From assembly GCA_963666055.2 (NCBI GenBank), contig CAXWPH010000010.1, positions 32,001 through 96,000 of the forward strand: DNA of 64,000 bases. The letters are read 5' to 3'. Under the pieces are notes generated by a model. The model was not told where the DNA came from and searched no databases. It saw nothing but the letters and a program-made list of their open reading frames with translations. The stretch comes from Acidobacteriota bacterium. GTDB taxonomy: Bacteria > Acidobacteriota > UBA890 > WLXD01. The translations under genes and the position numbers were made by a program. Positions 41,341 through 51,554 of this stretch are shown here, piece by piece. Position 1 is the first letter of the stretch. The number at the start of each line of letters is the position of its first letter.

Positions 41341-42771
41341 CTAGCGGACGCGCTCGAACCACAGGTCGACGACGCGCCCGGCATCCAACTCGAAGCCGCT
41401 GACTCGTCCGGCCGAGTCGCGCTCGAAGCGGAACAAGACCGGCCATTCGTCAGCGCGCATGCGGTCCCGGCCTTCCGAGGCCAAGCGGTTGCGCAGGCGG
41501 AGCGGGATCTCCCAGTACAGCTCGCCCTCCTCGATCTCCAACACGTAGCTCGAGCGCAGCTCGGAGCTCACGTACCGGCCTTCGAACTCACGCAGCTCCG
41601 CAACGGAAAGCGCGAACTCCTGCGGCGCCGCCGCCGGCTCAGGCGCGGCGTCGGGGCCGCGCGTACCGAGCTCATCAGCGAGATAGACATCGGCTACCCG
41701 CCGGCCGAGCTGCGAGGGGTTGGCGGTAGCGACGTTACAAAGCACGATGGCGGTAAAGCGCTGCTCGGGGAACCGCAGGATGTTGGCTCGGAACCCGACA
41801 TACGATCCCCCGTGACTGACGAGGCGTACTCCCCTGTAGGTGCCGTCGGTGATACCTGCCGCATATTCGATGGGCTCGCCGCTGTCCAAGCTGCCCGGCC
41901 GCAACCAGCGCGTAATGAGCTCGGGCGAGCCGGATCCGAGGCGGTTTTCGTAGAAGTTCCGGTCCCACGCGAGCAGATCGTTGACCGTGGTGAACACGCC
42001 GCCATCACCCACGATAGGTAGGGTCGTCATGCTGATATCGAAACCATCGTCGCCAGGCGCGTAACCGCTGGCGCGATGCGGCACCAGGCGACTGTGATCG
42101 TCGTGAAAGTGTGTCTGGCTCATTCCGAGCGGCGCGAAGATGCGCTCATCGGCGACTGCCGCCAAGCTCTGCCCGGTGACCCGCGCGACGATCTCGCCGA
42201 GCAGAAAGTACCCCGAGTTGGAGTAGAGATGCTCAGCGCCTGGCCGGAAGTTGAGATCGCGCTGGCGTGCCAGCATCGCCAGGAGATCGGCCGCCGAGAA
42301 GTAGTCGGCATCGCGGTACCCGGCGAGCGCCATGAGGGTCAGATAGTCGCGGATTCCGCTGGTGTGATGGAGCAGCTGCCGGACCGAGATTTGGTCACCG
42401 AAATCGCGCAGCTCCGAAATCCACCCGCGAACGGAATCGTCGAGCGACAACCGGCCTTCTTCCGCCAGCAAGAGCACGATCATCGCGGTGAACTGCTTGC
42501 TCACCGAGCCCGTTCTAAACACCGTGTCGGCATTGATCGGAACGGCGTGCTCGAGGTTGGCCATGCCGTAGCCACGACGGTAGATGAACTCACCATCGCG
42601 AATCACCCCGAGGGCACAGCCCGGTGTTTGATCGCCATACGACGCAAAGACCGCATCGATCTCGGGCATCGCCCCGATCAGCGGTTGATCTACGGGAGCT
42701 GCGCAGCCCGTCACACACGCCAGCAGTGCAGCGCTCGGCGCGAGGTGCCGCCAGGTGGCGCAGACCATCAT
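41341..42771 (-). CDS. Serine hydrolase (class C beta-lactamase-like) lipoprotein
   Basis: FRTGSVSKQF (SxxK), LLHHTSG, YSNSGY (YxN), HGG; lipobox VTGC. Confidence 0.9.
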   Translation of the reverse strand: MMVCATWRHLAPSAALLACVTGCAAPVDQPLIGAMPEIDAVFASYGDQTPGCALGVIRDGEFIYRRGYGMANLEHAVPINADTVFRTGSVSKQFTAMIVLLLAEEGRLSLDDSVRGWISELRDFGDQISVRQLLHHTSGIRDYLTLMALAGYRDADYFSAADLLAMLARQRDLNFRPGAEHLYSNSGYFLLGEIVARVTGQSLAAVADERIFAPLGMSQTHFHDDHSRLVPHRASGYAPGDDGFDISMTTLPIVGDGGVFTTVNDLLAWDRNFYENRLGSGSPELITRWLRPGSLDSGEPIEYAAGITDGTYRGVRLVSHGGSYVGFRANILRFPEQRFTAIVLCNVATANPSQLGRRVADVYLADELGTRGPDAAPEPAAAPQEFALSVAELREFEGRYVSSELRSSYVLEIEEGELYWEIPLRLRNRLASEGRDRMRADEWPVLFRFERDSAGRVSGFELDAGRVVDLWFERVR

Positions 42772-42798
42772 GACCTCTCCAACCTAGACCCTGCCCTG

Positions 42799-43716
42799 CT
42801 AGCGTCCCCGCACGCTGCGGCGCAACTCCGCCGGCTCCGGCAAGATCCCCGTCCAGACCTGCACGGTCTCGCCATCGCGCAAGTACACAAGCTGCGGCAC
42901 CGACCCCACCCCGGTGATACGAATGAAGGTCTGGGGAGGCAGAACCTGAACCGGCATCTGCAGGTCGTAGCGCTCGCGGTAGCTGTTGACGTCCGAGCCG
43001 GATGTCTCGTAGGTGAGGCCGACGACCGGCGGCAGCGCTCCGTCCTTGGTGTACTCAGACACGCGGGGGCTCATCGCTGCGCAGTGCGGGCATTCGTGAT
43101 GGAACAGATATAGGAGATGTTCGCCGCGCTCTAGGTCAACCTCGCGCATGTCCATGGTCCTGCCAAGCGCCGCCGCCGATGCGCCGCTCGGACCGCTCGT
43201 GTAATTCACGAAGCTCATACCGAGCGCCGCGACAGACGCGATTGCCAGCGCCGCTGCCCGCCAGTCGGTGCGCGAACGGGTCGCAGGTGTCCAAACGCAT
43301 ACCCCAAGGGCGATCGCCATGAACGCGAGGTCCATGAGGAAGGCGTCGCGTGGCTCACGCTCCATCATGGGGCCAAAGCAGCCACACTCTTGCAGCGTTC
43401 CGGCCGCCCAGCCGTAACCGACAGCGACGAGAAACACCGCCATGAGGGCAGCCGCCACCGTGGCCGCCAACCGCATCTGCCAGCGCAACAGCAACATCAC
43501 TCCCACGCCGACCTCTACAGCCGGAAGCACCAGGGCCACCGGTGTTCGCATCCAGCCGGGAACGCCGTAGCCGCCGAGCGAACCGAGAAAGCTCCACGGG
43601 TCGAGCACCTTGGCAATACCGGCGACCAGGAACACTAGGCCGAGGATCACTGGCCCGAATGACCGAATCAGGTTCGCCCATGCGGGTCCGGACGATGAGG
43701 CCTTGCTTGATGGCAT
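42799..43716 (-). CDS. MauE/DoxX membrane protein fused to a thioredoxin-like domain
   Basis: FLVAGIAKVLDP, ECGCFG (MauE), C-terminal ECPHC and VPQLV (cis-Pro loop). Confidence 0.8.
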   Translation of the reverse strand: MPSSKASSSGPAWANLIRSFGPVILGLVFLVAGIAKVLDPWSFLGSLGGYGVPGWMRTPVALVLPAVEVGVGVMLLLRWQMRLAATVAAALMAVFLVAVGYGWAAGTLQECGCFGPMMEREPRDAFLMDLAFMAIALGVCVWTPATRSRTDWRAAALAIASVAALGMSFVNYTSGPSGASAAALGRTMDMREVDLERGEHLLYLFHHECPHCAAMSPRVSEYTKDGALPPVVGLTYETSGSDVNSYRERYDLQMPVQVLPPQTFIRITGVGSVPQLVYLRDGETVQVWTGILPEPAELRRSVRGR

Positions 43717-43731
43717 TGCAGTTACCCCTGG

Positions 43732-45588
43732 CTACCAGGCAATTCCGTAGTCCTCGCCATGATGGCTCGAGCCACCCCAGAACGTACCGTGCTCCCAGTC
43801 GATGAACACGGCGTTGATTGGCCCCGATGTGCGCTCACGGTCGACGAGCGCATAACCCATACGTCGCAGCTCGTCACGCACCCACGGCGGCGTGGCCGAC
43901 TGGATCAGCAGTCGCCCAGGGCTCGACTCGTGTTCGGCGAACGATCCCTGCATCTGGAAGCTATTGATATTGGGTGCCTCCACCGCCTGCTGCACATCCA
44001 TTCCCCATTCCACGAAGTTGAGGAAGAACTGCAGCAGGTTCTGATCCTGGCCGTCACCGCCCTGCACCGCGAACGACAGGTAGGGGCGACCATCCTTGAG
44101 CGCCATACCCGGGGTCAAGGTAGCGCGCGGACGCTTTCCCGGCTCCACCACGTTGTAGGGATTCTGTGCCGCATCTAACACGAAGCTCTGCATGCGCTGG
44201 CTCATGCCGATACCGGTGCGACCTGCGATCACCGCCGGGATCCAGCCGCCGCTGGGCGTAATCGAAACCACCCAGCCTTCGGCGTCGATCGCCTGGATGG
44301 AAGTCGTGCCAGCGTAGAAGTCGTCCTCGAACTCGGCCAGCGCGGCAGAGCCGGCATCCGGAGAGATCGTGGAGCCGCCCCAGTTCTCTAGCTGCTGCCG
44401 GAAGGGATTCTCGCCGCCCTGGAACGGATAGGGATCGCCGGGCTTTACGGACTCGTTGTTGCGCTCCCAGTCGATTTCGGCGACGCGCTGGGCAGCGTAG
44501 TCTTTAGACAACAACCCATCGATCGGCTCGGCAGGCGGAAAGTAAGGATCGCCGTAGTAGAAATCGCGATCCGCGAAGGCCATGTTCATGACCTGGTAGA
44601 GCGTGTGTATGTAGCGCGCGCTGTTGTACCCCATTCCCTTGAGGTCGAGGTTCTCGAGCATGTTGAGCGCCTGCAACATGACCGGTCCTTGCACCCAGGT
44701 GGTGAGCTTGTAGACTTCAATGCCCTTGTAGTTGACCGAAACGGGCTCCTCGAGATAGACCTCCCAGTTGGCGAGATCGTCGAGCGTGTGGAGCCCGCCC
44801 ATTTCCTGCGACCCGCGCACGAACTCCGCGGCGATATCGCCACGATAGAACCTGTCGTTCGCAGCCTGGATTGCCTCCTCTCGGGAGGCTCCACCGATCA
44901 GCGCCTCGGCTTCGGCGTCGACCATCTTGCGCAGCGTCGCCGCCAGGTCCTCCTGCCTGAAGATCTCGCCGGCGTACGGGGCGGCGCGATCGCCCTCACC
45001 CAGGTGCGGCAGGAACACCTTCTTGGAGTAGGGCCATTGCTGTAACCGTTCCTTCTCGCTCTCGATCGAGTTCGCCGTGTCCTCTTCGATCGGATAGCCG
45101 TCGGCCATCTCGATCGCCGGCGCCAGCACCTGCGCCAGGCTCATGGTGCCGAAGTTCTCCAGCATCACCAGCAAGCCGCCGGGCGTGCCGGGCGTGACCG
45201 CGGCGTGCACGCCGAACTCGGGCGGGTAGCTCATGTCCATGTTCTTGAAGAACTCGGGAGTGGCGCCGGTCGGCGCGACGCCGAGCGCGTTGACGCCGAT
45301 GACCTTCTTGTCGTTCGGGTCGTAGATCAGCGCCTGCGTCTCGCCGCCCCAACCGAGCACGTCCCACATTGTCGCCGTCGCGGCGAGCATGGCACATGCT
45401 GCATCGACGGCGTTGCCGCCCTGCTGGAAGATCATTGCGCCAGCCGTAGCTGCCAGCGGCTTCCCCGTAATCGCCACCCAATGGCGCCCGTGCAACACCG
45501 GTTTGGCAGTGCGTTGAGCGAGGCCGGGGCTGGCTATCGTCAGAGCTGCGACAAGAATTACGACGACGGCGAAACGGCGGTTGCGCAT
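43732..45588 (-). CDS. ggt: Gamma-glutamyltransferase family protein
   Basis: GGNAVDAA, AFADRD, nucleophile GTTSIQAID, PGKRPRATLTP. Confidence 0.92.
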   Translation of the reverse strand: MRNRRFAVVVILVAALTIASPGLAQRTAKPVLHGRHWVAITGKPLAATAGAMIFQQGGNAVDAACAMLAATATMWDVLGWGGETQALIYDPNDKKVIGVNALGVAPTGATPEFFKNMDMSYPPEFGVHAAVTPGTPGGLLVMLENFGTMSLAQVLAPAIEMADGYPIEEDTANSIESEKERLQQWPYSKKVFLPHLGEGDRAAPYAGEIFRQEDLAATLRKMVDAEAEALIGGASREEAIQAANDRFYRGDIAAEFVRGSQEMGGLHTLDDLANWEVYLEEPVSVNYKGIEVYKLTTWVQGPVMLQALNMLENLDLKGMGYNSARYIHTLYQVMNMAFADRDFYYGDPYFPPAEPIDGLLSKDYAAQRVAEIDWERNNESVKPGDPYPFQGGENPFRQQLENWGGSTISPDAGSAALAEFEDDFYAGTTSIQAIDAEGWVVSITPSGGWIPAVIAGRTGIGMSQRMQSFVLDAAQNPYNVVEPGKRPRATLTPGMALKDGRPYLSFAVQGGDGQDQNLLQFFLNFVEWGMDVQQAVEAPNINSFQMQGSFAEHESSPGRLLIQSATPPWVRDELRRMGYALVDRERTSGPINAVFIDWEHGTFWGGSSHHGEDYGIAW

Positions 45589-45722
45589 GAGTAGTCCTTG
45601 TCCTGGGTCTGCTGTCGGGTGCGTCCCGAATCTCCTATGAGCTGCGACGAAACGAGCCTACAGCCCCGCATCCGACGGCGTCGAGGGGCTCGAGTCCCCT
45701 AACCGGGTGCTGAAGAACTCTG

Positions 45723-46265
45723 CTAAGGGTCGATCTCCACGACCATCTCGATCTCGACCGAGATATTACGCGGCAATGACGCCATTCCGACGGCGGCTCG
45801 GGCGTGTCGGCCGCGGTCGCCGAAAACCTCCACCAAGAAGTCCGATGCACCGTTGATCACCTCGGGCTGCTGACCAAAACCCTCCACCGCATTGACCATC
45901 CCGAACACACGAACGATGCGGCGCACGCGACCGAGATCGCCGATCTCCTTCTTGAGGGAGGTCAGTAAGCTCACGGCCGTCAGACGGGCCGCTTCATACC
46001 CCTGCTCGATGGTCACATCGGAGCCTACCTTCCCCGTTGCGAACGTCCCGTCGGCCTGCGTCGGGCCGTGCCCGGCAAGGAAGACCAGGTTGCCGGTGGT
46101 CACCGCCCGTACGTAGTTGGCTACCGGCGGCGCCGGATCGCCGAGCTCGATGCCGAGCGACTTCAAACGAGCCTCGGGATCGTAGTCTTCCTGAGCCAAC
46201 GCGGGCATTGCAGCCAGTGCCGCAACTACCAACAGGAACGGAGCCGCGCCTGAGAGCTTGCTCAT
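45723..46265 (-). CDS. RidA/YjgF family protein with a signal peptide
   Basis: PPVANYV..GKVG..QPEVINGASD..GRHARAAVG..LP..VEIE; N-terminal hydrophobic segment ending ALA. Confidence 0.9.
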   Translation of the reverse strand: MSKLSGAAPFLLVVAALAAMPALAQEDYDPEARLKSLGIELGDPAPPVANYVRAVTTGNLVFLAGHGPTQADGTFATGKVGSDVTIEQGYEAARLTAVSLLTSLKKEIGDLGRVRRIVRVFGMVNAVEGFGQQPEVINGASDFLVEVFGDRGRHARAAVGMASLPRNISVEIEMVVEIDP

Positions 46266-46351
46266 CGTTTTGTCATGTCCTCGCAGTAGAGAGTGCCGTG
46301 TTCAAGATGGGATTAGGCCACCTGCGAAAGCTTTCGTCCAGCCTGCGCAGG

Positions 46352-46906
46352 CTAGGAACCCGTTGCGGCGCCACGATCTCGCCAAAGCAGCAGAGCGGCG
46401 AAGCCTGGCAGGAATGCCACGCACCAGTACACGAAACTACGCCAGTACACAGGCCCAGGGTCGTGGGCGCCTAGCCAGATATCGGAAATCACCCAGAACC
46501 CGAGCCCCGCAAGCAGTGCCGCGAGCACACCACGCGTGACGGTGCGCGAGCCGCTCTCGCCACTGCCGCCGGCGATATTGCCTACGACGGCAAGCGCAAC
46601 CCAGAGCGCCATCCAGGCGACCACCATGGCGGTAACGCCAATGACCGGGAATAGTAAGTAGAAGAGCGCCGCAGACAGCACCCCGACCAGGAGACCTGCG
46701 AGCGCTGCGAACCCGTTTCGGCCCCCGCCCGTGGCCCAGGCAATCACCAAGCCCATCACGGCGAGCAACAGCCCACCGTGAACGAGCCCGTAGAGAGCGC
46801 GGTGCTCGGAGATCGCGGCGGCCCAGAATGCATCGGCGAAAGTGCTCGCCGCCGCCATCACGACCGTGGCGATCAGGCTCTCGCGAAGTCCCCTAATTGC
46901 GCCCAT
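46352..46906 (-). CDS. Hypothetical membrane protein
   Basis: About six hydrophobic segments; co-oriented with neighbouring genes. Confidence 0.65.
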   Translation of the reverse strand: MGAIRGLRESLIATVVMAAASTFADAFWAAAISEHRALYGLVHGGLLLAVMGLVIAWATGGGRNGFAALAGLLVGVLSAALFYLLFPVIGVTAMVVAWMALWVALAVVGNIAGGSGESGSRTVTRGVLAALLAGLGFWVISDIWLGAHDPGPVYWRSFVYWCVAFLPGFAALLLWRDRGAATGS

Positions 46907-46918
46907 CTTGCCGACTCC

Positions 46919-48283
46919 TCAGTGGATCAGGTGTAACTCGGTTTGGCGCCGCAGCGACCAGCGCCGATCGCCCCACGGCGTGACCTCGGCTTCTTCCTCC
47001 ATCATCATCCGAACCCGCTGCCCGTCCCATTCCGGCACCGGCGTGGTGACCTGTAACTCGGTCGAGAACCACATGTTCGCCAGCACCGGCACGTCACCGC
47101 GACCCGGCACACCTTCCTGATAGTCCCACAGGCCGATCAATGGGCCGGCACCATGCCCGTGGTCGCCGATCGGGTGCGTGTACATGGTTCCGTCGAGTCC
47201 GTTGGCATGCATCCGCTCGAGCACGCTGTAGAGCACCTCGTTACCGGTCCGGCCGACTCGCATCTCCTCCAGAAGAATGTCCTGCAAACGCTTGCTGTTG
47301 TCCAGCGCCAGCCGCAGACCGGCCGGCGCCTCAGTCTCGCCCTCGCGTAGCACGTAGGCCATGTGCTGGGTATCGGTGTTTAGACCCATCACGGTGATGC
47401 CGAAGTCGGTGTGCAGCACGTCACCGGCCTCGATCACCGGGTCGTCACCGAGGTCGCCCGCCTCAACCCCACGGCGCTGGATGCTGACGGAAGGCTGGAA
47501 CCATGTCCCAAAGCCGAGATCGAGGACGCGCTGGCGCATCCACCAGGCGACGTCCTCCGTGCTCGTCGTCCCCGGCCTGATCACCGCGTTGGAGAACGCC
47601 GTTCCGATGATCTCGTGAACATACGCCTGCATGCGCCGATAGACCGGTGTCATGCCGGGGACGCGCAAGGCCAGATAGTCGATCGCCAGACGCGGGTTCG
47701 GGACGACGCGCGCCACCAGCTCCGGTCCGAGCGCTGCCTGCATCTGCTCCCACTCGCCCGCGGTCAGGCCGTCGGCGAAGTTGTGCTCGCGGGAAATGTT
47801 GACGGCGATCACACGGGGATCGCGCTCGCGAATCAGATCCGCAAGAAGCGTCCACTGCGACGAGCCCCAGAGCTCGGCCTGAACTCCTTCGCGACTGGTA
47901 GCGACGTTGGCACGGTAGGCTTCGTAGAGTCCTCCTTGTGAGCCTCCGCCGAGCGCCAGCGGCTCGACGCCTCGTTCGGGGCCGCGGTCGGTGAAGACAT
48001 AAATCGTACGGCGCCGGGCGGCGAAGCTCGTTGGTGCGACGAGGGCGCGAAACACCGGGTCTTCGTTGTACTCGCGCATCGGCACCACCCACATGTCGAC
48101 CCCATGGTCACGCATCACCTTCGGTAGGTTGACCGTGATCCGCTGCTTCAGCCAGGCCTGCTGGATCTTCGCCTGCTCGCGCAGCGTCCCGAACGGCGGC
48201 GTGGGGCGAACGCTCGGCTCCTGGAACAGGAGCGTCGGGAGCGAGGCGGCGAGGGCAAGCGTCAGGGCGGCAAGACGGGTCAT
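46919..48283 (-). CDS. M24 family metallopeptidase (secreted)
   Basis: GDVLHTDFG, NTDTQH, THPIGDHGHG, STE. Confidence 0.88.
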   Translation of the reverse strand: MTRLAALTLALAASLPTLLFQEPSVRPTPPFGTLREQAKIQQAWLKQRITVNLPKVMRDHGVDMWVVPMREYNEDPVFRALVAPTSFAARRRTIYVFTDRGPERGVEPLALGGGSQGGLYEAYRANVATSREGVQAELWGSSQWTLLADLIRERDPRVIAVNISREHNFADGLTAGEWEQMQAALGPELVARVVPNPRLAIDYLALRVPGMTPVYRRMQAYVHEIIGTAFSNAVIRPGTTSTEDVAWWMRQRVLDLGFGTWFQPSVSIQRRGVEAGDLGDDPVIEAGDVLHTDFGITVMGLNTDTQHMAYVLREGETEAPAGLRLALDNSKRLQDILLEEMRVGRTGNEVLYSVLERMHANGLDGTMYTHPIGDHGHGAGPLIGLWDYQEGVPGRGDVPVLANMWFSTELQVTTPVPEWDGQRVRMMMEEEAEVTPWGDRRWSLRRQTELHLIH

Positions 48284-48530
48284 CCAATTCCTCGGGGTCG
48301 ACGTTGAGGGTCATCGGGGTCCTGGCGTTGGCCACCGTACACCCTATGGGCTGCTATCCAACCGCGCCTTGCCCGGGCCTGCAAACGGCAGACCAGCTGT
48401 ACGGTCTCTGAAGACAACGGGCAACACGAGCGAAACGGGGCCGGTGTGGCCTGTTCCGCTACCGACCCGGGCTCACTCCGCACGCCTGGTGTCTCGGCCG
48501 CGAGGTGAAAGTGTGGCGGCGCGACCCTAG

Positions 48531-48801
48531 CAGGCCGTGGTGAAAGTGTGGTGGGTCTGGTTACGGCGAGTTGGGGCCAGATGCAAGGCAGCCTGACACA
48601 GGTGATGCCCCGGCCATCGTCGAGGAAGGACAACGCTACAGATGGCCCCAAATCGCCGTAACCCTTCGGGCGACAGGGGGTTGCGCGCGTATGCGGCGTC
48701 GTTCCTCGTCAACGATGGGGTAACCATCGCCTCCTCCTCTCTCCTTGCCTCCACTTCGCAAGTCCCTGTCGCCAGACCCACCACACTTTCACCACGGCCT
48801 G
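48531..48801 (+). mobile_element. MITE copy 2 (271 bp, CTAG target duplication)
   Basis: Near-identical to copy 1; CTAG at 48527-48530 and 48802-48805. Confidence 0.92.
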
Positions 48802-49755
48802 CTAGCGACCCAGCTCGGCCGGCGAGCTCAGCGGGCGAGCAAAAATGTCGAGATCGCTCAGGCGCTCGTGAAGATCCCGGAACTCGCCGTCGTGCAGTGG
48901 TCGCAGCGGCAGGCGCACGATTCCGCAATCGACACCGAGCATCGACACCAACGCCTTGCCGGCGCGCACGGCGCCGAACTCCTGCAGGACGCGCCCTAGC
49001 TGCAGAGACTTGGCATGTTCCGCACGAGCGCGATCGATGTCGCCGGCGGCAAACGCTTCCTCGATTCGCCGGTAGAGTGGCGCCGCGAACCCGATGGTGC
49101 CCCCGACGGCCCCCTGAGCTCCGAGGGCCAGGCCTGGCAGCCAGCTTTCCTCGCTTCCGATGAGCACGTCGAAGTCGCCGTCCAGTTGTTGACAGCGCGC
49201 GAACGTCTTCAGGTCGGACGAAGTGAGGTTGACACCCACAAGGTTGGGGATGCGTAGCCGCCCCCACTCGAGCACCTGCTCGGTCGGAAAGCTCACGCCG
49301 CTACGGTCGGGCACATCGTAAAAGAAAAACGGCGTGTTCGGCACGGCCGCGGCAATGGCCGCAAGGTACTCGATGAGCTCTTCCAGGGTGGCCGGCGGGT
49401 GGTACGTGGGGGCCATGGCTGCCAGCGCCGTCGCGCCAGCTTTGGCGGCGTGCTCGGCAAGCCGCACAGCATCGCGCAGCGAGCTATGACCTACGTGCGC
49501 GATCAACGGCAGTTCGCCCGACGTCACCCCGACCCAGGTTTCGAGAACGGCGCACCTCTCGGCCACGGACAATGAATGACCTTCGCCCTCGATACCACAA
49601 ATGAACACGCCGCTGACGCCGGCATCGCGAAACAGCTCGTACTGCCGGACAACCGTGCTGCCGTTGAAACGGCCGTCCGCATTGAAGGGTGTAGGGGCCG
49701 AAGCAAATAGGCCGCGAAAGGGCTCCGGGTGCACGCCAGCATCGGTGTCGCTCAA
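48802..49755 (-). CDS. DHDPS/N-acetylneuraminate lyase family protein lacking the Schiff-base Lys
   Basis: PTPFNADG, FICGIEGEG.SLS..ER, IAHVG, FFFYDVP, PNLVGVNLTS. Confidence 0.85.
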   Translation of the reverse strand: MSDTDAGVHPEPFRGLFASAPTPFNADGRFNGSTVVRQYELFRDAGVSGVFICGIEGEGHSLSVAERCAVLETWVGVTSGELPLIAHVGHSSLRDAVRLAEHAAKAGATALAAMAPTYHPPATLEELIEYLAAIAAAVPNTPFFFYDVPDRSGVSFPTEQVLEWGRLRIPNLVGVNLTSSDLKTFARCQQLDGDFDVLIGSEESWLPGLALGAQGAVGGTIGFAAPLYRRIEEAFAAGDIDRARAEHAKSLQLGRVLQEFGAVRAGKALVSMLGVDCGIVRLPLRPLHDGEFRDLHERLSDLDIFARPLSSPAELGR

Positions 49756-49774
49756 GCTGCCGCCGGCACGCTGA

Positions 49775-50197
49775 TCAGCGCGGCGATCGCGCCACGACGG
49801 TGGCTTCGGTCTCGATCACGGCGCCCGGGTCGGCTGGCGCGTCGCGCCGCGCGCCGAACCAACGCGCCGATACGCGCCGCGATCGGGCTCGCATCTCGGG
49901 AGTGACCGACGCAGCTACGGCAGTGAGCGCCATTATCAGCACACCCAGATCGTCGCTGTAGCCGGCACCCGGAATCAGATCGGGAATGGCATCGATCGGC
50001 GCAATGAAATAGCCCAGCGCCCCGATCACCGTTGTCTTCGCCCACACCGGGGTACGCGGGTCGCGCAGGACTTGCGACAGCAACACCGCCTTCTCGACTA
50101 CTTCACGGCCTGCGGCGCGCGCGTAGCTACGAAGTTTGGCGATGAGCCCGTCCGCCGAATACACCTCTCGATAGGCGGAAGTGCGATCATCATCCAT
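49775..50197 (-). CDS. YkvA/DUF1232 family protein
   Basis: TPVWAK..GALGYFIAPIDAIPDLIPGAGYSDD. Confidence 0.9.
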   Translation of the reverse strand: MDDDRTSAYREVYSADGLIAKLRSYARAAGREVVEKAVLLSQVLRDPRTPVWAKTTVIGALGYFIAPIDAIPDLIPGAGYSDDLGVLIMALTAVAASVTPEMRARSRRVSARWFGARRDAPADPGAVIETEATVVARSPR

Positions 50198-50263
50198 GCT
50201 GCTAGCCTAACATCCGGCCGACAGGCGAAAGCGGACCCTATTTGACGCCGCTGCCCGGCGACA

Positions 50264-51310
50264 TCACGGCCGCAACACGACCTTGGTGTAGCCGTCACGG
50301 CGCTCGTCGAATTGGCGATACGCGTCGGGGCCATCAGCAAGCGGCAACCGGTGCGAAATCACCCGCGTAATGTCGAGCTCGCGATCGCGCACGATCGGGG
50401 CGAGCCGCTCCATATAGGCACGCGCGGGGCAACGCCCGACTCGATAGGTCAGGTTCTTGTCGTAGGCCTCGACCGGGCTGAACGGGAAGTTGTCGTCGGT
50501 GTGTACCCCGACGACCGAGATGGTCCCGCCCGGACGCACGAGCTCGATTGCCAGGCGTGCCGCATCGTAGGTACCGGCCGCCTCCATCACCGCGTCCGCG
50601 CCGGGTGCATCGGCGCGGTCGCGAATCGCCATTACCGGGTTCTCAGCCTGAAAATCGATCGGCACCGCACCGACCTCCTGTGCCAAATCGAGTCTTTCAG
50701 GCACGCTGTCGATCGCGTAGATCATCTCCGCACCGAGCTCCCGTGCCGCGACGATCGCCAGAATTCCGACCGGGCCGCATCCGACGACTGCGTAGACACC
50801 ACCGGGCTTGATACTCGCCATCTCGGCGCAGAAGTACCCGGTGGAGAAAACGTCGCCGAGCAACAACGCCTGTTCGTCGGTCACCCCCTCTGGGATACGC
50901 AGCAGCGTTGAGTCCGCCAGCGGCACCCGCACGAGCTCTGCCTGTCCGCCCTGCAGTCCCTCGCCCATTCCGACCCAACCGAACAGCTGGCCTCGTTGGC
51001 AACGGCTCGTGAGACCAGAGCGGCAGTACGAGCACTCACCGCAGTTGGTCGTGAATGGGCTGAACACACGATCGCCGACCGCTAGACCGCGAATATCGGC
51101 GCCAGTTTCGACAACCTCTCCGACGAACTCGTGCCCCATGATGGTGCCGATGTCGAGACCCTCCTCGCGCTCGTTGTAGGGGTGCAAGTCGGACCCGCAC
51201 ACGCCGGCGATATCAACCTTCACGATGACATCGCCGGGAGTCTCGATCTCGGGGTCGGGGACGGTCTCGTGAACCGCCGTACGATAGCCACCAAACGTAA
51301 TCGCTTTCAT
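50264..51310 (-). CDS. Zinc-dependent alcohol dehydrogenase family protein
   Basis: CGSDLH, GHEFVG, CGECSYC..C, GCGPVG. Confidence 0.93.
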   Translation of the reverse strand: MKAITFGGYRTAVHETVPDPEIETPGDVIVKVDIAGVCGSDLHPYNEREEGLDIGTIMGHEFVGEVVETGADIRGLAVGDRVFSPFTTNCGECSYCRSGLTSRCQRGQLFGWVGMGEGLQGGQAELVRVPLADSTLLRIPEGVTDEQALLLGDVFSTGYFCAEMASIKPGGVYAVVGCGPVGILAIVAARELGAEMIYAIDSVPERLDLAQEVGAVPIDFQAENPVMAIRDRADAPGADAVMEAAGTYDAARLAIELVRPGGTISVVGVHTDDNFPFSPVEAYDKNLTYRVGRCPARAYMERLAPIVRDRELDITRVISHRLPLADGPDAYRQFDERRDGYTKVVLRP

Positions 51311-51385
51311 TCGCGTTCAACTCGGCCGGGTTATCGAATCGTCGCTACAAATCATAGGGTACCGAGCAATCACTCAACTCACAGA

Positions 51386-51541
51386 ATCGCCTTGTGTCAC
51401 CCTTCGGGCGATAGGGGGGGGGGTGTGCGCATGCTGTGTCGTTCGTCGTCGACGATGGGGGAACCATCGCCTCCTCCTTTCTCCCCGCCTCCACCTCCCA
51501 AGAGCCTGTCGCCAGGCCCGCTTCACTTCCACCCCGGCCTG
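51386..51541 (+). mobile_element. MITE copy 3 (diverged right half only)
   Basis: CCCTTCGGGCGATAGGG...CCATCGCCTCCTCC...CCTGTCGCCAGGCCCG..CACTTCCACCCCGGCCTG followed by CTAG. Confidence 0.8.
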
Positions 51542-51554
51542 CTAGCTGTGCGGC

